From: Anaerolineales bacterium
GTDB taxonomy: Bacteria; Chloroflexota; Anaerolineae; Anaerolineales; UBA11579
Reading direction: 5' to 3'
Assembly (NCBI GenBank): GCA_016935415.1
Contig: JAFGRA010000332.1
Span: forward strand, 1 to 60,252
DNA: 60,252 nucleotides
Made by a program: the position numbers and the translations under genes. This document shows positions 45,488-55,358 of the stretch, one piece after another (position 1 is the first letter of the stretch; every line of letters begins with the position of its first letter). The notes beneath the pieces are model-generated. The model was not told where the DNA came from and searched no databases. It saw only the letters and a list, made by a program, of their open reading frames with translations.

Positions 45488-47218
45488 ATGAAAAGATTCC
45501 ATGCTCTGATCGCGCTTTGCATATTTCTGACTGCCTGTAATTTAGCCCAGCTACCGGCAGTTAGCGCCAATTCCGCCGAAGCCACCGTTACCCCAACGCC
45601 TTTCATGCCGCTGCCACCCACTCCAGACGGCGCAGCGCCGTCCTTACCCACGGCAACCAGCACAGTATTTGCTTCGCCAACAACTGCCGCGCCAATAAGC
45701 ATTCCATCGACAGATATACCTACCATTGGGCTTTGGCTGGATCCTGCTCTTCCTGACGCGCTCACAGCCCAGCTTCGCCTGCCACCCGAGCTAACCCTGA
45801 TATCCTCACCAGACAGCGCCGCCTTGCAGCTCAAAATCGGTGAAGAGCGACTGCTCACCCATTGGGTTTACGCATTAGCCGCCCCATTCCCAACCATCGA
45901 AGATGGTATTTCATTCAAAGAGTTGCACCAAATCTGGAAAGGGGAAGAGGCCAGCCGAGTTTTTGGCCCCCTGCTAATGGATACAAATACGCTCGCAGTG
46001 TTTACTGCATATTGGGGCATTCCCGCGTCTGGTGCATACCAGGAAGCTCCAACTGCCGAACTATTAGAACAAGCCTGGAATGACCGACCCAGTTGGGCAC
46101 TCGTTCCTTTCGAAGCCTTGGAACCGCGCTGGAAGGTATTGCAAATCGACGCGGTTTCACCGCTACAAAAAGACTTCGTTGTCGCCGATTATCCCCTAAG
46201 CATCCCCATTTCCCTCACCGGAGAGGCCGAACTTACCGAAGCCATCTACGCGCTGCATGGCCCTGCCACCGAATCACCGTTAATTGCCAGCAACCGCGAG
46301 CCGGATAAATTAACTAACGTGGTGATGACCGGAGTCACGGCGCTGGTGCGCGCCACCGCCTATGCCATGGAACAACAAGGCGTGCTTTATCCGGCACAGG
46401 ACATCGGCCCCTGGCTGCGACAAGCCGACATCACTCACATCAGCAATGAAGTCCCCTTCGCCGAAGACTGCCCCTTCCCCAACCCAGTCCAGGAAGGCAT
46501 GATATTCTGCAGCGACCCACGCTATATCAATTTACTCGAAAACGTCGGCACCGACGTGGTCGAACTCACTGGCGACCATTTCGGAGATTGGGGTTCGGCG
46601 GCCATGCTCTACACCTTAGAACTATACGATGAAGAAGAATGGCTATATTATGGCGGCGGAAAGAATCTCAACCAGGGACGTAAACCGGTTACGCTCGAAC
46701 ATAACGGCAACAAGATTGCCTTCATCGGCTGCAACGGGAAAGGTGGCGGATACGCGACAGCATCAGCGGATAACCCCGGCGCGGTAGTCTGTGACTTCGA
46801 TTGGATACACAAACAGATCGAAAGTCTAAGCGCAGAAGGCTATCGCGTGATCGCCACTTTCCAGCATTTCGAGTACTACGCTTACGCCGCCCAGCCCGAT
46901 CAAATCGAAGATTTCGAGGGCATGGCAGAGGCGGGAGCCGTGATCGTCAGCGGCAGTCAGGCCCACCAACCACAGACCATCGATTTCCAAAATAACGCCT
47001 TCATCCACTACGGCCTCGGCAACCTGTTCTTCGACCAGTACGGGGTTAGCGAGGCTACCCGCCAGGCGTTCATCGACCGCCACATTTTCTACGACGGCAA
47101 ATATATCAGCACTGAACTACTCACCATTATGTTCGTCGATTACGCTCGTGCCCGCCCAATGACCACCGAAGAGCGCCAGCAATTACTGGAAGCGGTTTTT
47201 GCTGCAAACGGCTGGTAA
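45488..47218 (+). CDS. lipoprotein with CapA-family (metallophosphatase-like) C-terminal domain
   Basis: Signal peptide with an LTAC lipobox, a Pro/Thr/Ala-rich linker and CapA-like motifs (GDHFGDWG, IAFIGCN, SGSQAHQPQ). Confidence 0.65.
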   Translation: MKRFHALIALCIFLTACNLAQLPAVSANSAEATVTPTPFMPLPPTPDGAAPSLPTATSTVFASPTTAAPISIPSTDIPTIGLWLDPALPDALTAQLRLPPELTLISSPDSAALQLKIGEERLLTHWVYALAAPFPTIEDGISFKELHQIWKGEEASRVFGPLLMDTNTLAVFTAYWGIPASGAYQEAPTAELLEQAWNDRPSWALVPFEALEPRWKVLQIDAVSPLQKDFVVADYPLSIPISLTGEAELTEAIYALHGPATESPLIASNREPDKLTNVVMTGVTALVRATAYAMEQQGVLYPAQDIGPWLRQADITHISNEVPFAEDCPFPNPVQEGMIFCSDPRYINLLENVGTDVVELTGDHFGDWGSAAMLYTLELYDEEEWLYYGGGKNLNQGRKPVTLEHNGNKIAFIGCNGKGGGYATASADNPGAVVCDFDWIHKQIESLSAEGYRVIATFQHFEYYAYAAQPDQIEDFEGMAEAGAVIVSGSQAHQPQTIDFQNNAFIHYGLGNLFFDQYGVSEATRQAFIDRHIFYDGKYISTELLTIMFVDYARARPMTTEERQQLLEAVFAANGW

Positions 47219-47232
47219 ACTCACCTACAGAA

Positions 47233-47259
47233 AAAGGCGCAGCAAATTGCTGCGCCTTT
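47233..47259. terminator. bidirectional intrinsic terminator
   Basis: AAAGGCGCAGCAA-A-TTGCTGCGCCTTT near-perfect palindrome between convergent genes. Confidence 0.8.
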
Positions 47260-47281
47260 GGCATATCGAGGAAACACTCGT

Positions 47282-47926
47282 TTATTTACAGACGAATTCC
47301 TTTTCATAATGCGGGTAAGCATACATATTGCCGACCTGGGTAGTACCACACCCATACATAGTATATTCGTATTCTCCCTTCGGAATGGTGATCTCGAGTT
47401 CCTCATCCGCTTGCATTGAAAACACGAATTCAGAGGGACCACGCAAGATCACGATCATGTAGCCGTCGGTTTCATTTGTTAGCACCACACGGGTCAGTTT
47501 CACCAGGCGTCCAGCATCAACGGTCCGGCTGGTATTGGGCTGCCGCAAACCTTTGCTGCCACATTCCGGGATCACAAAGCGCTTCAAAGAGCTCAAAGTG
47601 AAAGTTCCCTTGGTTTTTACACCACAGGAGATCAATTCGTAATCGTATTCATCGGCTTCAGGTGTATACACCTTAGTTTCGCCGGCATTGGCAGAAAAGT
47701 AATAATAATTCTCACCCCAAAGATAGAGATAAGCTGGTTTGTCACTTTCATTGACAATCGTGATCCGCCCCAATTTCATTGCTGCTTCAGCTTGTGCAGC
47801 CTGCCCTACTGTATCGGGCATGGACACCGCACCAATCATTGTCATAGATAATAGGGCTACCACAACCAGCATGATTTGGATTTTTCGAGAAGCACTCACA
47901 GGCAAGTCCTCCTTGCTAATTTTCAA
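47282..47926 (-). CDS. secreted/membrane-anchored hypothetical protein with two internal repeats
   Basis: N-terminal hydrophobic helix followed by two ~75-aa repeats, (I/V)xx(V/T)NE(S/T)D...P..(D/E)EY(D/E)Y....CG. Confidence 0.6.
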   Translation of the reverse strand: MKISKEDLPVSASRKIQIMLVVVALLSMTMIGAVSMPDTVGQAAQAEAAMKLGRITIVNESDKPAYLYLWGENYYYFSANAGETKVYTPEADEYDYELISCGVKTKGTFTLSSLKRFVIPECGSKGLRQPNTSRTVDAGRLVKLTRVVLTNETDGYMIVILRGPSEFVFSMQADEELEITIPKGEYEYTMYGCGTTQVGNMYAYPHYEKEFVCK

Positions 47927-48081
47927 TAATCAGTCGAATATCTAAAAATAATGGTAGCCCACTCACCAAGAGATGTCAAGCAATCAACATGAGAAAATAA
48001 TGAAAGACTCTTTGGGGAAATCTCACATTCATCGGTATAATTATGTTTATTCATATTGCTCAATCCACAAAGGCCGCTTAC

Positions 48082-48840
48082 ATGATGGAAACAAATATTT
48101 CACCAGATAATCAAGCAAAGGAAACCAATCCAGAAACCTGGGCAGACCTTGCCATCTATGTTTTCGGAGGATTTGGCCTCTTTGTGCTTGCAAGCATTGG
48201 CGTTGGCTCATTAGTTCAAAACATGGAGTCCAATCTGATCCTGCTTATCCTGGCCATCTTGCTCAATGTGATCCTTATCGGCGGTAGTGTAATTTTCTTG
48301 GGTATCTTTCGCCACAAAACAAACTGGAAAGAGATCGGTCTATTCCCCATCAAGCTAAAATGGTGGTGGTTATTGGTGGCACTATTACTAGTGATCGTGC
48401 TTTTGTTTGTGCGTTCTTTAATAGGTCTGGCCGTCCAATGGCTGATTGAAGGCAACTTTGACAGTGTGCAAGCTAGAGCGGATTTATTCACATCCAACAT
48501 GACCCTCTCCTGGCCGGTTTTTCTTATTTCCTTGCTTGGCACCGGGATATTAGGCCCTATCTCAGAAGAACTCTACTTCCGCGGTTTGATCCATCGCTTT
48601 TTGATCCCACGCATGGATTTCATCTGGCGCGTGTTGGTCAGTTCGCTCTTCTTTGGATTAGGCCACATCGACTCTGCTGGCGTGGCCGTATCCAGTTTCA
48701 TTATGGGTATTGTTCTGGCTGTGGTTTATGAATTATCCGAATCACTCTGGATTCCCATCACCATGCATATCTTAACGAATTCTTTTGCCGTAATCGCTTT
48801 ATTTGCGACCCTTTTACTTGGCAATTATTTTCAATATTAA
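48082..48840 (+). CDS. CPBP family intramembrane glutamic endopeptidase
   Basis: SEELYFRG, FGLGH and HILTN motifs in a polytopic membrane protein. The start is ambiguous (48043, or 48082 if the TATAAT at 48035 is the -10 box). Confidence 0.8.
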   Translation: MMETNISPDNQAKETNPETWADLAIYVFGGFGLFVLASIGVGSLVQNMESNLILLILAILLNVILIGGSVIFLGIFRHKTNWKEIGLFPIKLKWWWLLVALLLVIVLLFVRSLIGLAVQWLIEGNFDSVQARADLFTSNMTLSWPVFLISLLGTGILGPISEELYFRGLIHRFLIPRMDFIWRVLVSSLFFGLGHIDSAGVAVSSFIMGIVLAVVYELSESLWIPITMHILTNSFAVIALFATLLLGNYFQY

Positions 48841-48865
48841 CCAACTAAAAAATTGGAGACGGAAC

Positions 48866-49552
48866 ATGAAAATCGATATTTTGTATAAACCAGCTTATGC
48901 TTTAGGGATTCTTTCCCTGGAAGGCAATGAAGAAGTCCGTGTAGAAGGCGGCTCAATGGTCAGTATGTCCAGCGGAGTCGTGATGGAAACCAAAGCTGCT
49001 GGCGGCATTCTGAAATCGCTTGCACGTTCAGTGCTCGGTGGGGAAAGTTTCTTCCAGAACACCTACAAAGCGCCCTCCAACGGCGGCGAAGTCACGGTTG
49101 CGCCACCGCTGCCCGGCGACCTCTTTACCCTTAATTTGAACCAGGAAAGCCTGATGGTGCAGTCTGGGGCATATGTTGCTTCGGAAGCAGGTATCGAACT
49201 AGATACCAAATGGGGTGGCGCAAAAACATTTTTCGCCTCCGAAGGCTTGATCATGCTGCACGCTTCTGGCACCGGCCAACTGTTGCTGTCTTCCTATGGC
49301 GCCATCCACGAAGTCAACCTGGAACCAGGCCAATCCTATACTGTCGATACTGGCCACCTGGTTGCTTTTACCGAGCAAATGGGCTTCAAGGTGCGCAGCA
49401 TCGGCGGGATTAAGTCCACCTTGTTCAGTGGTGAAGGCCTGGTGGTTGACCTAACCGGCCCCGGCCGCGTCCTACTCCAAACCCGCTCGACGGATGCTTT
49501 CCTGGCCTGGCTGATCCCCAAGCTGCCTCAACAAAATCAAAGCAGCAACTAA
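48866..49552 (+). CDS. AIM24/TIGR00266 (DUF124) family protein
   Basis: Family-typical beta-rich repeats (GGSMVSM, GGESFF, SGAYVA, GEGLVVDLTGPGRVLLQT). ATG at 48866 behind a GGAGA RBS. Confidence 0.8.
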   Translation: MKIDILYKPAYALGILSLEGNEEVRVEGGSMVSMSSGVVMETKAAGGILKSLARSVLGGESFFQNTYKAPSNGGEVTVAPPLPGDLFTLNLNQESLMVQSGAYVASEAGIELDTKWGGAKTFFASEGLIMLHASGTGQLLLSSYGAIHEVNLEPGQSYTVDTGHLVAFTEQMGFKVRSIGGIKSTLFSGEGLVVDLTGPGRVLLQTRSTDAFLAWLIPKLPQQNQSSN

Positions 49553-49596
49553 CAACCACATCAATAAACCAACCCCTAAACCGTCTGGAGGCATTC

Positions 49597-50385
49597 TTGC
49601 GACACATCACGCTATTGACCGATTTTGGCACCACCGAAGGGGAGCACACCGTACTCAAGGGCGTCATCTGGCGCATCTTGCCGGGAGCATCGATCGCAGA
49701 CCTGTCTCACAGTATCAGTCCGCAGAGCATCCTGGAAGGCGCATTGGTTCTGGAACGCACCGCTCATTTCTTCCCAGAAGAAACCGTCCACATCGTCGTT
49801 ATTGATCCAGGCGTTGGCACGAAGCGCCGCCCGATTGCGGCGCAGTTTGGCGACCAGTTCTTCGTCGGCCCGGACAATGGCGTGTGCACAACCATGCTGG
49901 AACGCGCCGAGCGTCTGGGATTGCCGGTCGAAATCGTACACCTCGATAAACCCGAATACTGGCTTGAAGATGTCACTTCGATCTTCCACGGGCGCGATAT
50001 TTTCGCTCCAAGCGGGGGACATCTGGCTGCAGGTGTCCCCCTCAGCGACCTGGGCACACCGATCACGGATGTGATCCGCATCAAGAAGCCAGAAGCAACC
50101 ATTGCATCAGATCGCATCCAGGGTGAGGTCATGCACATCGACAGCTACGGCAACCTGATCTGCAACATCCGCCGTGAGCAGATCCAAAAACTCGGTCAGG
50201 TGAAAGTGAAATTTAAAAATGTTGAGCTCGGCGAAATGGTGGATACATTTGGCGATAAGGCCGAAGGTGAGATTTGTCCCATCTATAGCCCAATGTATTA
50301 CCTGATGATCGCCGAGACCAATGGCAGTGCCCAAAAGCACCTAAACGCCCAACGCGGCGACAAAGTTGAAGTTTACAAAGCCTAG
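49597..50385 (+). CDS. SAM hydrolase / SAM-dependent halogenase family protein (DUF62)
   Basis: ITLLTDFG, VIDPGVGT and FVGPDNG motifs. TTG start 6 nt after a GGAG. Confidence 0.82.
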   Translation: MRHITLLTDFGTTEGEHTVLKGVIWRILPGASIADLSHSISPQSILEGALVLERTAHFFPEETVHIVVIDPGVGTKRRPIAAQFGDQFFVGPDNGVCTTMLERAERLGLPVEIVHLDKPEYWLEDVTSIFHGRDIFAPSGGHLAAGVPLSDLGTPITDVIRIKKPEATIASDRIQGEVMHIDSYGNLICNIRREQIQKLGQVKVKFKNVELGEMVDTFGDKAEGEICPIYSPMYYLMIAETNGSAQKHLNAQRGDKVEVYKA

Positions 50386-50413
50386 CAAGCAGCTACATAC
50401 ATAGGTAGTAGAG

Positions 50414-52291
50414 ATGAATCTGGAAATGTGGTTGGTGTTGGGCATCCTGCTGGGTGCAATCATCCTGTTCGTTACCGAATGGGTGCGCCTGGATGTAGTG
50501 GCGTTCAGTGTCGTCTTGCTGCTCATGCTCACAAATGTATTGAGCACTGAAGAAGCGCTATCCGGCTTTGCCAATTCGGCGGTGATGACGATTGCTTCCC
50601 TGTTCGTGGTTGGTGGTGGGATCATGCAAACTGGCCTGGCTAACCGCATCGGTCGCCAGATCTTACGCATCGCCGGGGACAGTGAGCTCAGACTGATGGT
50701 GGTTCTGATGCTGGCAGTGGCATTCCTTTCCAGTTTTATGAGTGATACTGGAACAGTGGCTGTTCTGCTGCCCGCCGTGATAATGCTGGCACGCAGCGCC
50801 AAGATTTGTCCCTCGAAGTTGCTCATTCCGCTCTCGTTTGGTGCGCTGCTGGGTGGCGCTACCACCTTGATCGGCACCACACCGAACATTATCGTTGCTG
50901 AACTCCTAAAAGAGAACGGCCTGACGCCATTCCAATTCTTTGACTTCACGCCATCTGGCATCGCCCTTGTCCTCGCGGGCGTGATCTTCATGGCATTTGT
51001 CGGCCGGCATATTCTCCCCAACCGCAAGCTTTCTATCGATGCGGAACGCTTTGAAACGCCCAAAGAATTGATCGACATCTACCGACTGCCGGATAATCTC
51101 TATCGCCTGCGCGTGCGCCAGAACTCAAAGCTGATCGGCAAGACCATGCGAGTGGCTCAACTAGGGAAAGATTTTTCGGTCACCGTGCTGGAAATCTTAC
51201 GCCCACAAGAGCGCCTGATCGATACCCTTTTCGACCCTGACAACGCAGCAGAATCGCCCCCTACCGGAAAAACCGCTATCCTCATCCCCAACGCCGAAAC
51301 CAACTTTGAAGCCGGCGATATGCTAATCGCGCAAGGCACAGTCAGCGAAATCAGCTACGCCGCCGCCCAATTCAACCTGGGTGTCCAGCCTGCCAACCCC
51401 AAAGATGAAGATATGTTCATCAATGAAGAGATCGGCATCGCCGAAATCCTGCTCCCGCCGCGCTCCAGCATGGTCGGGAAGACGCTTAAGGATGTGCGCT
51501 TTGGCTCGACCTACCACCTGACCGTGCTCGGCATCAACCGCCCGGCTGTGATCGGCAAGTTGAACATTAAAGAAACCACCCTCGATTTCGGCGATATTTT
51601 GTTGGTACAAGGAGCCTGGAAGGACATCCTGGCATTGCGTGAGAAACGGCGTGATTTCGTGGTCATGGGCCAGCCAGAGCAAATGGCTGGCGCGCCAAAG
51701 CGCGAAAAAGCACTTATTGCCCTCCTCGTTTTATTGGGAATGCTCATCCTGATGGCAACCAATCTAGTTTCTGTCGCCGCCGCCAGCATGCTTGCCGCCC
51801 TGGCGATGGTACTCACCGGCTGCCTGACCATGACAGACGCCTATCAAAGCGTGGATTGGAAGAGCTTACTCCTAGTGGCCGGAATGCTGCCCATGAGCAT
51901 CGCCCTGGAAAAGGTTGGGCTGGTGCAGCTTGGCGCCCAGGCCCTGACCGACCAACTCGGCAATCTCGGGCCCCATGCCATTCTCGTTGGATTATTCCTG
52001 ATTACCTCTGCATTTACCCAGGTGCTTTCGAATACAGCAACCAGTGTCCTGCTGGCCCCTATCGCGCTGGCCGCCGCCCAGACGCTGGGTGTGCAGCCCT
52101 ACGCTTTTATGATGGCCATTGCGATTGCCGCTTCAATGGCCTTTGCCTCTCCGGTTGCTTCCCCGGCAAACACCTTGGTGATGGGCGCAGGCGATTACCG
52201 CTTCGGCGATTACGTTAAAGTCGGCATCCCCATGATCTTCATTGCGTTAGTTACCTCGATGTTGATCTTGCCGCTGGTCTGGCCATTCTAA
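50414..52291 (+). CDS. SLC13/DASS family permease with central TrkA-C domains
   Basis: Two membrane halves flank two RCK-C-like soluble domains, which is the typical architecture. Confidence 0.8.
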   Translation: MNLEMWLVLGILLGAIILFVTEWVRLDVVAFSVVLLLMLTNVLSTEEALSGFANSAVMTIASLFVVGGGIMQTGLANRIGRQILRIAGDSELRLMVVLMLAVAFLSSFMSDTGTVAVLLPAVIMLARSAKICPSKLLIPLSFGALLGGATTLIGTTPNIIVAELLKENGLTPFQFFDFTPSGIALVLAGVIFMAFVGRHILPNRKLSIDAERFETPKELIDIYRLPDNLYRLRVRQNSKLIGKTMRVAQLGKDFSVTVLEILRPQERLIDTLFDPDNAAESPPTGKTAILIPNAETNFEAGDMLIAQGTVSEISYAAAQFNLGVQPANPKDEDMFINEEIGIAEILLPPRSSMVGKTLKDVRFGSTYHLTVLGINRPAVIGKLNIKETTLDFGDILLVQGAWKDILALREKRRDFVVMGQPEQMAGAPKREKALIALLVLLGMLILMATNLVSVAAASMLAALAMVLTGCLTMTDAYQSVDWKSLLLVAGMLPMSIALEKVGLVQLGAQALTDQLGNLGPHAILVGLFLITSAFTQVLSNTATSVLLAPIALAAAQTLGVQPYAFMMAIAIAASMAFASPVASPANTLVMGAGDYRFGDYVKVGIPMIFIALVTSMLILPLVWPF

Positions 52292-52391
52292 AATTAGCAT
52301 CGTCCTAACCACAAACATCGTGCTCCTGCCATCGGCGTATATTGCGGGAACACGATGTTCTTCTTGCAAAACGAGCTTTCAATTCAACAGG

Positions 52392-53150
52392 CTAATGCTG
52401 TAAAATCTTGCTTAGGAATAATTTCAGCCGGTCGTGCTTGGGGCTATTGAAAACCACATCCGGCGGGCCTGTTTCGATCACCTGGCCGTAATCCATGAAT
52501 ACCACCCGGTCGGCGGCCGCCTTGGCGAACCCCATTTCATGGGTCACCACTACCATGGTCATGCCCCCCTCGGCCAGCTCCAGCATCACATCCAATACTT
52601 CTTTAATCATTTCGGGGTCCAGAGCAGATGTCGGCTCATCGAACAGCATGATCTTGGGATTCATCGCCAACGAACGCGCAATTGCCACGCGCTGCTGCTG
52701 TCCACCAGAAAGTTGGGTCGGGAATTTATCCGCCTGTTCGGGAATGCCCACGCGCTCGAGTTGCTCCATGGCGACCGCTTTGGCTTTATCCTCAGACCGC
52801 TTACGCACGATCCGCTGCGCCAGAGCAACATTTTCCAACACGGTTAAATGCGGAAATAGGTTGAAGAGTTGAAAAACCATTCCTACCTCTGCGCGGATTT
52901 CATTTACGTCCGTACCACGATCATTCAAATGAATCCCATCAACCCAAATATCCCCGCTGGTCGGCCGCTCCAGGAGATTGATACAGCGTAAAAAAGTACT
53001 CTTGCCCGAGCCGCTAGGGCCCACAACGACAACAACACCACCTCTCGGAACAGTTAAGTCGACCCCTTTTACAGCTTCGATTTTTCCGTAGAACTTGTGT
53101 AAATTTTCAACAACAATAATGTCATCGGATGCGCTCTGTACGTCGTTCAC
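52392..53150 (-). CDS. amino acid ABC transporter ATP-binding protein
   Basis: Walker [23 protein letters not shown] signature and a Walker [12 protein letters not shown] (GlnQ/HisP type). Confidence 0.92.
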   Translation of the reverse strand: MNDVQSASDDIIVVENLHKFYGKIEAVKGVDLTVPRGGVVVVVGPSGSGKSTFLRCINLLERPTSGDIWVDGIHLNDRGTDVNEIRAEVGMVFQLFNLFPHLTVLENVALAQRIVRKRSEDKAKAVAMEQLERVGIPEQADKFPTQLSGGQQQRVAIARSLAMNPKIMLFDEPTSALDPEMIKEVLDVMLELAEGGMTMVVVTHEMGFAKAAADRVVFMDYGQVIETGPPDVVFNSPKHDRLKLFLSKILQH

Positions 53151-54015
53151 CGCTCATCCTCCTCTCAAGCTTACGCACTAAAAACGATAGCAATAGGGTC
53201 ATACTCAGGTACAAGATCGCCACAGTGTTAAAAACCTCAAAGACTCGGAACGTACTCGAACGCTGCACCCGCCCCAACTGCGTCAATTCGGGTACCGCCA
53301 ACACAGTCGCCAGCGATGAGTCTTTCAACATGGCAATGAAGTCATTTCCCAACGGCGGCAGCACCCGGCGGATAGCCTGCGGCAGGATAATATAACGCAT
53401 TGCCTGAAAATAAGTCATTCCAAGTGATCGAGCCGCCTCCATCTGGCCGCGGTCGATCGATTCGATTCCGGCGCGAAATACTTCGGCCTCATACGCGCCA
53501 TAGCCAAAAGACAGGGCGGCAATTGCTCGAGCTTCAAAACTGACATTGCGGATCGAAGTATCCGCCATGAAACCCAACCCTAGCCCCTCACCAATTCCCA
53601 CAATCGCGTCAATCACAATCGGCAATAACACAAATGCCACATACAGCATCAATACAACCAAAGGTACGCCGCGCACAACTTCCACGTAAAATGTCGCCGC
53701 ATTATAGAAAACTACATTGCGGGAAATTCTTCCCAGCCCAGCCAATAATCCCAACACCATTGAGATCGCGAAGGATATCAACGTGATTCGAATCGTAAGC
53801 AAAATACCCTCAAGCGCCGTCGCGCTTGGCCGTCCCAACACCATGATCTTGAAAGTGTCGGTATAATGCTCATTCGTGATTACAACGTAAATAAAATATA
53901 TTCCTACAAGGATAATGGCACTAGCCCACCAGGGAAATCTCCGTGACGGGTCACCCGATTTTTGGGATTTCTCCTCGGACAACAAATCCACATTTTGCTC
54001 AGCATCCACGCTCAT
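53122..54015 (-). CDS. amino acid ABC transporter permease
   Basis: HisM/GlnP-type EAA loop ([22 protein letters not shown]). ATG at 54015 behind a GGAGGAGG RBS. Confidence 0.88.
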   Translation of the reverse strand: MSVDAEQNVDLLSEEKSQKSGDPSRRFPWWASAIILVGIYFIYVVITNEHYTDTFKIMVLGRPSATALEGILLTIRITLISFAISMVLGLLAGLGRISRNVVFYNAATFYVEVVRGVPLVVLMLYVAFVLLPIVIDAIVGIGEGLGLGFMADTSIRNVSFEARAIAALSFGYGAYEAEVFRAGIESIDRGQMEAARSLGMTYFQAMRYIILPQAIRRVLPPLGNDFIAMLKDSSLATVLAVPELTQLGRVQRSSTFRVFEVFNTVAILYLSMTLLLSFLVRKLERRMSGERRTERIR

Positions 54016-54090
54016 GTTGCCTCCTCCATAAATAATAAGATTGTGGGCAGGAAATCCTGCCCACAATCTATTGATACTTATTTATCCGGT

Positions 54091-54939
54091 TTACGGATTG
54101 AACCATTTATCGTTCAGTTCTTGCAACTTGCCGTCGTCAGCCATTGCGGCAAGCGCAGCATTGAAGGGATCAATGAGGTCGCTGCCAGGCGAGAAGACGA
54201 GCGCCAGTTGTTCATCCGACTGAATGTTCGGTTGGATGATCTGCAGCGCGCCGGGGTTCTCATCCATGAAGCCGATCGCGGTAACGGTATCGATTACCAC
54301 AGCATCCACATCACCGGAGAGCACAGCCTGAACAGCCAAACCAAAGTCCTCGAAGCTGCGGGTACGGTCAACGCCAATAAAATCATGGGCGGCAATTTCG
54401 TTGGTGGTCGTGATCTGGGTCGAAGCAACCAGGTCCCCGTCAGCCTGGAATTCATCCGGGCTAGCGAAGCGGTCTTCGTCAGAGCGGGCCAACAACACCT
54501 GACCGATGGTCACGTATGCACAGGAGTAATCTACAGTTTCGTCACGTTCGGTCGTGTAGGTCACACCATCGTACAGTACATCGTACTCGCCAGCGGCCAT
54601 GGCCGGGAAAATACCATCCCAGGCGGCTTCGGTAAATACCGGCGTGCAATTCAGACGGCTGCAAATCTCGCGCCCAATATCATAATCCCAACCAACGCCT
54701 TCACCACTATCATCCAGCGAATTGAACGGTGGGTAAGCATTCTCAACGGCAAATACAAGCTCTTCGCCACCCAGGTCAGGGACATCCCCTGCATCCAAAT
54801 CAGTACAATTTACCGTGGTATCGACTGCCATCATTTCTTCCCCTTCAGCCTCAGCAGCCTCTTCGGCTCCTCCACCACATGCTGTCAACATCAATGCTGC
54901 GATGAGCGCAACAAAGAACAGCGTTTTAAACTTAGACAT
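54091..54939 (-). CDS. amino acid ABC transporter substrate-binding lipoprotein
   Basis: Signal peptide with an LTAC lipobox and a type-3 SBP fold pattern. AAGGAGGA RBS. Confidence 0.82.
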   Translation of the reverse strand: MSKFKTLFFVALIAALMLTACGGGAEEAAEAEGEEMMAVDTTVNCTDLDAGDVPDLGGEELVFAVENAYPPFNSLDDSGEGVGWDYDIGREICSRLNCTPVFTEAAWDGIFPAMAAGEYDVLYDGVTYTTERDETVDYSCAYVTIGQVLLARSDEDRFASPDEFQADGDLVASTQITTTNEIAAHDFIGVDRTRSFEDFGLAVQAVLSGDVDAVVIDTVTAIGFMDENPGALQIIQPNIQSDEQLALVFSPGSDLIDPFNAALAAMADDGKLQELNDKWFNP

Positions 54940-55088
54940 TTCTGATCCTCCTTAGAATTCTTTCGTGTGTGATCCGTAATCAATCGCTTGGCGTAATTTT
55001 CTGATCCGATCACCAATTAGCGAATATAATCTTCAAGTCTTTGCGTCTCTTTTTCTCAATCACATCATGCCATCTACACCTCCAAATA

Positions 55089-55114
55089 ACAAAAAACCCT
55101 TCTGGTGGAAGGGC
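55089..55114 (-). terminator. intrinsic terminator inside the ABC-transporter upstream region
   Basis: Minus strand: (AG)CCCTTC-CACCA-GAAGGG(TT) stem followed by TTTTTTGTTATTT. Confidence 0.6.
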
Positions 55115-55263
55115 TTCTTTCTTCACTAATGTTTCAATCCTATTAATTCTTGGATTTCTCCATCCTACACTAGGAACGCCCTACATACCCAAACTTCTTT
55201 CGGGTCGATTTTATGATGACGAGGACGCTGAATCAATGAGTATAAGGACCGCATGATGAAAGC

Positions 55264-55292
55264 TTTATACCATTCCAATATACATTTGTCAA
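55264..55292 (-). promoter_or_regulatory. near-consensus sigma70 promoter
   Basis: Minus strand: TTGACA (55287-55292), 17 nt spacer, TATAAA (55264-55269). Confidence 0.6.
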
Positions 55293-55358
55293 GAAATGCA
55301 AACCACCTGTCCTTGAACAGCACTTATCAAACATAATAGTCATTACGGCTATACGCAA

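Noticed and set aside
52314-52359. AACATCGTG...CACGATGTT hairpin between the SLC13 gene and the ABC ATPase gene as a terminator.
   Set aside because: The loop is 28 nt and no convincing U-tract follows, so the evidence is too weak to annotate.
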